The translations under genes were made by a program, and so were the position numbers. From NCBI GenBank assembly GCA_027623195.1, contig JAQBUT010000006.1, forward strand, positions 57,616 through 121,615: a stretch of 64,000 nt of DNA. Direction: 5' to 3'. Shown piece after piece: positions 60,672 through 64,000 of this stretch; the first letter of the stretch is position 1, and each line of letters starts with the position of its first letter. This stretch comes from Chloroflexota bacterium (GTDB lineage Bacteria > Chloroflexota > Dehalococcoidia > Lucifugimonadales > JADFKI01). The notes under the pieces are model-generated. The model made no database searches, was not told the DNA's origin, and worked only from the letters and a program-made list of their open reading frames with translations.

Positions 60672-61043
60672 CTACTTCCCAGGTACAAACTTCATCGATA
60701 GGGAGTTCACACAATGACGACTGTTGGTTTCTGTAAAGCCTTCACCTAGGAATACGTGGCCTAGATGGCCGCCGCAGTTGACGCAATCAATCTCCGTTCG
60801 ATGACCATCGGGGTCTGGTAAGTGGTTCACGGCTCCCGGTATCTCTTTGTCAAACGCAGGCCAACCACAACGTGCGTCAAACTTATCTGCAGAGCGATAA
60901 AGTTCCGCGTTACAGCGCCGGCAAACATAGACGCCTTCCTCATAAAAATCGTCGTACTCCCCAGTGAAGGGTGGCTCGGTTCCTTTGGATTCGATTACGT
61001 ATTGTTCTTGTGCCGAAAGCGAATTGTAATTTGAGTCATCCAT
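60672..61043 (-). CDS. msrB: Methionine-R-sulfoxide reductase
   Basis: GTEPPFTGEY, CRRC, CGWPAF, CVNCGGHLGHVF, RHCVNS. Confidence 0.95.
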   Translation of the reverse strand: MDDSNYNSLSAQEQYVIESKGTEPPFTGEYDDFYEEGVYVCRRCNAELYRSADKFDARCGWPAFDKEIPGAVNHLPDPDGHRTEIDCVNCGGHLGHVFLGEGFTETNSRHCVNSLSMKFVPGK

Positions 61044-61699
61044 GTTCAATCTTAGCCTCACATTGAGATTCTTACCTGCTTCGAGGTCAATCCCCCGTGC
61101 ATAGGAAGTAGCCGGTTAGTCAGCCTGGTGTCACTTCTTGATATAGCCGCAAGCACCCGGTCTATTGTCGATTATTGGCCTATTACTTGAAGCAAGTATA
61201 TTGGCTCCGGGCGCGTCTGGTAAAGCCTGCCTACTGGGGGTTTCCGTCCTTATGACTGAATCCAAGAGGTAGGATCCGCTGAATTAATGGCTAGAGGGCA
61301 TGCCAGAACAGAGGACCAAATCACATTACCGACGCCACGAAGTCGATGTTAATTTTTTCGGTCAGGCGGCCTGGATAACCGGGTACTGCCCTAATATTTC
61401 GACATGCTGCTCCGTCCCATGAAGTGTCCCCTGGACGTGAGTCTGACCAATCGATGTGATGGAGCGAGACTCCGCCTAGCCAGCCACAAGGAGTTGCTAT
61501 CCTATTCTTCCGCTTGTAACGATTTCTCTCGGCAAGTATTATGCTCCCAAATCTCAGTTTGACCTAAACGTAAGCCTAGACCAGATGCACAGTGGCTTCC
61601 GCTTATTTTCCAAGACATCGCGATTCTACAAGGGCATTGTGCTCATGCCATGCATAGTCAGATCGCCGCGAGGCTAGAAGCAGTTTTAAGGAGGATGCA

Positions 61700-62908
61700 A
61701 TGTCATCCCCAGTTGCCTACCGACCAGGATCCATCTTTTCAGTAGAGGAGGGCGAAAACACTAGCGTCCCTCGCGTCTTCATAGCGCCTCACAGATACAT
61801 CCAGGGAGATGGAATATTAGACCATCTCGGGCGTTACCTCACGATCGTTCCAAGTAAAAACGCAGCAATCCTAATCTCAGAAAGAGGCACACTAAGAATC
61901 GGGGAGAGGCTGCTGGATAGCCTGAATGAAGCCCAGATCGACTCCGTGGTTGTTACCTTCGATGGCGAATGTTCACACGAAGAAATCGACCGAATAGTGC
62001 ACAACCTCCGGGGCCAGCCTAATTCCATAGACTGCGTGGTTGCCGTAGGCGGAGGTAAGTGTGTCGATGCCGGCAAATGCGTGGCCTATCGGCTGGGGAT
62101 TCCTGCCGTTATCTGCCCAACTCTCGCCTCAAACGACGCGCCCTGCTCAGCGCTATCAGTGATTTATACCTCTGAAGGAGTCGCCCAAGGCGCAGAATTC
62201 TTTCCCACTAGCCCGGCCATCGTCGCCGTGGATACGCGGATTGTGGCGGAGGCTCCCGTGCGTTACCTCGTTGCCGGAATGGGAGACGCTATGGCCACGT
62301 GGTATGAGGCGAAAACCTGTTTCCAAAACCCCAATGCACGATCAACAGTCGGCGCTCGTCCCACTTTAGCCGCTGGGGCAATCGGCGAGTTGTGTGCAGC
62401 CACTCTTTTCGAATTTGGCGTAGCAGGAGCGGATGCAGTGTTGCGCTCTGAAGTTAACGAGGCGCTAGAGAGAGTTGTGGAGGCGAACACCCTCTTGAGC
62501 GGCCTAGGCTTTGAGAGCGGTGGGCTTGCGGCTGCCCACTCCGTCGCTCAGGCGTTTACGGTGGTGCCCGATATGCATAGGAAACATTTGCACGGTGAGA
62601 TGGTCGCGATGGGGCTGCTCACGCAACTGGTCTTGGAGACACAAGTCGATGAAGCCATGAGGGTGGCGCGGTTTTTCGCTTCAGTAGGGCTTCCTGTGCA
62701 TTTCGGACAGTTGTCTCTGTCCCCTCAGAATAAGGCGCAGATGGTCGAAGTGATGGAGGCGGCCGTCGAAGCTCCCATCATGGCCAATGAGCCATTTGCG
62801 GTAACCACCGAAGCCCTGGTTGTTGCTGCTTCGCAGGTCCATGAGTTGGGCATGGAAATTAGCAGGTCGGAGGGGGATGCGGCCTTCCGCGCACTCCACA
62901 AACCTTGA
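61700..62908 (+). CDS. gldA: Glycerol dehydrogenase family (metal-dependent)
   Basis: RYIQG, GGGKCVDAGK, PTLASNDAPCSALSV, GMGDAMATWYE, SGLGFESGGLAAAH, HGE. Confidence 0.85.
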   Translation: MSSPVAYRPGSIFSVEEGENTSVPRVFIAPHRYIQGDGILDHLGRYLTIVPSKNAAILISERGTLRIGERLLDSLNEAQIDSVVVTFDGECSHEEIDRIVHNLRGQPNSIDCVVAVGGGKCVDAGKCVAYRLGIPAVICPTLASNDAPCSALSVIYTSEGVAQGAEFFPTSPAIVAVDTRIVAEAPVRYLVAGMGDAMATWYEAKTCFQNPNARSTVGARPTLAAGAIGELCAATLFEFGVAGADAVLRSEVNEALERVVEANTLLSGLGFESGGLAAAHSVAQAFTVVPDMHRKHLHGEMVAMGLLTQLVLETQVDEAMRVARFFASVGLPVHFGQLSLSPQNKAQMVEVMEAAVEAPIMANEPFAVTTEALVVAASQVHELGMEISRSEGDAAFRALHKP

Positions 62909-63266
62909 TTCATTCGCGAGGACACTCGACCTACGGCATCAGGGCATCGGCCACAGCCCCCGTACCATGGTTTGGCACTAGCCATCCGGAGCAGGGCGAA
63001 GTCTTCGCGAGTAGCCAGTTCCTCGTTTTAGTCGTTGAGTCAAATTCGAGAACTCTCTGTAGAAACTAATTCTCAACTTTAGAATTCCGCCCCACCTTCG
63101 CCGGCATCCGACAGTCTCTGGGACGGCTTGCGACCCCTGCTCCCCAAATCCTCTAACCCACTATTAACCTGCATTTGAGCTTCCTTTAACATTGCCGCCC
63201 CTCCCAAGGCCTACCATTGAATGCAGAGGGACCAAGAAGTCGTACTGTCGAATCCAAGGAGTGAAT

Positions 63267-63430
63267 ATGCCCCGCAGAATTGCACTTACCATCGCCCCCG
63301 CCTTGACGGCCTTCGTGGTCATCACTGTAGCCGCCCTTATTCTGACTCTCAGGTCGTCCGAGGCCAATGCGCAGAACACCCAGGATATTATGTACCTGGA
63401 ATCCGACGTGCGCCAGCTCGACGAGCATTT
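63267..63430 (+). pseudogene. 5' fragment of an exported or membrane-anchored protein, cut at a junction
   Basis: AAGGAG RBS, ATG 63267, hydrophobic signal ..SEANA-Q; runs into the antisense strand of a methyltransferase. Confidence 0.5.
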
Positions 63431-63584
63431 CGGTAAAAGCACCGTTGCCGCAGCCAACGTCGAGCCATCGCAAACCTGATTTTGGAGCAAGCCAGTCGAG
63501 GAAAGTTTCACCTGCAAGCTGGCTCCACTTCCCCATGTATCGTTCGTAGGCAGCTCCGTCGTCGAAACGGATTTGGCTGGTCAT
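63415..63584 (-). pseudogene. Class I SAM methyltransferase, 3'-truncated; integron cassette-like
   Basis: GGAGG RBS; FDDGAAYERYMGKWS..WLDVGCGNGAFT, similarity lost after about 56 aa; lies just downstream of attC. Confidence 0.75.
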
Positions 63585-63649
63585 AATTCGTGTTTTCCTC
63601 CAGTTGGATTACCTGCGAAAAGTGGTGTTATCTCGCGGTGTCTTGTGCC

Positions 63650-63721
63650 GCATAACATTTGAACTCACTGGTTTTTACGGAGCGAAGGGGAGTAAAAATC
63701 CAGTGCAGTGATTTGTTATGT
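63650..63721 (-). mobile_element. attC: Integron attC recombination site
   Basis: Minus strand ACATAAC-aaatc-ACTGCAC-TGGATTTTTAC..GTAAAAACCA-GTGAGT-tcaaat-GTTATGC; 72 bp, core boxes and two extrahelical bases. Confidence 0.85.
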
Positions 63722-63734
63722 GTTTTTTTTACAA

Positions 63735-64000
63735 TCATTCTTTGTTATATATTACTGGCGTTTTGTACTTCCATTTCTGCCATAAATTATCATTTACCAG
63801 TAAATCTACCATGAAATGGCTTACATTAATTCTACTTGTCTTACCTGAATTAAAAATTGGACTTCTTGTTTTTGAGTCACAGACTTCATATTCACTTTTA
63901 TTCTCTTCATCAATAAGAGATTCAGGACGAACAGCTACCCATTCAAACATATTCGACGCTCCTGATCCATAGACAAGATGATCCCCTGCACGAATATTGT
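63735..64000 (-). CDS. AT-rich NAD(P)-binding oxidoreductase C-terminus (partial cassette gene)
   Basis: Frame open to window end; EWVAVRPESLIDE..SPIFNSGKTSRINVSHFM..PVIYN; stop 13 bp before attC. Confidence 0.65.
   Translation of the reverse strand, partial: NIRAGDHLVYGSGASNMFEWVAVRPESLIDEENKSEYEVCDSKTRSPIFNSGKTSRINVSHFMVDLLVNDNLWQKWKYKTPVIYNKE

Noticed and set aside
60672..61043. Selenocysteine form of MsrB
   Set aside because: Catalytic motif reads RHCVNS with a normal Cys codon.
1..64000. CRISPR array, tRNA, rRNA, transposase or integrase genes
   Set aside because: No regularly spaced repeats, cloverleaf motifs, rRNA-like tracts or recombinase motifs were noticed by eye.

Overview
Bacterial chromosomal segment of moderately high GC, densely coding, with no rRNA, tRNA or CRISPR array seen. 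The gene repertoire (CaiB/BaiF CoA-transferases, paralogous SDRs, paired acyl-CoA dehydrogenases, F420/PPOX protein, LarE, DUF362, giant FtsX-like permeases, 2-oxoacid:ferredoxin oxidoreductase, ccmAB, queF/C/E, acr3, lysA, msrB) resembles Chloroflexota/Dehalococcoidia such as SAR202; this taxonomy is inferred, not verified. Main signals not shown by the ORF track: (1) an AhpD/CMD-like peroxidase split at an in-frame UGA in a CxxU motif, followed by a bacterial SECIS-like hairpin (probable selenoprotein, 30112-30732); (2) a candidate ~130-nt antisense structured sRNA with its own promoter-like and terminator-like signals between queC and queE; (3) an integron attC site with cassette-like genes at the right end, joined to the host-like DNA at an abrupt tail-to-tail junction of two truncated genes; (4) a CxxC-type LarE next to a MOCOS-like cysteine desulfurase; (5) an ABC transporter operon apparently split by a 4-gene block; (6) several broken genes and dispersed REP-like palindromes. 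All product calls come from motif recognition by eye; no database searches were run.
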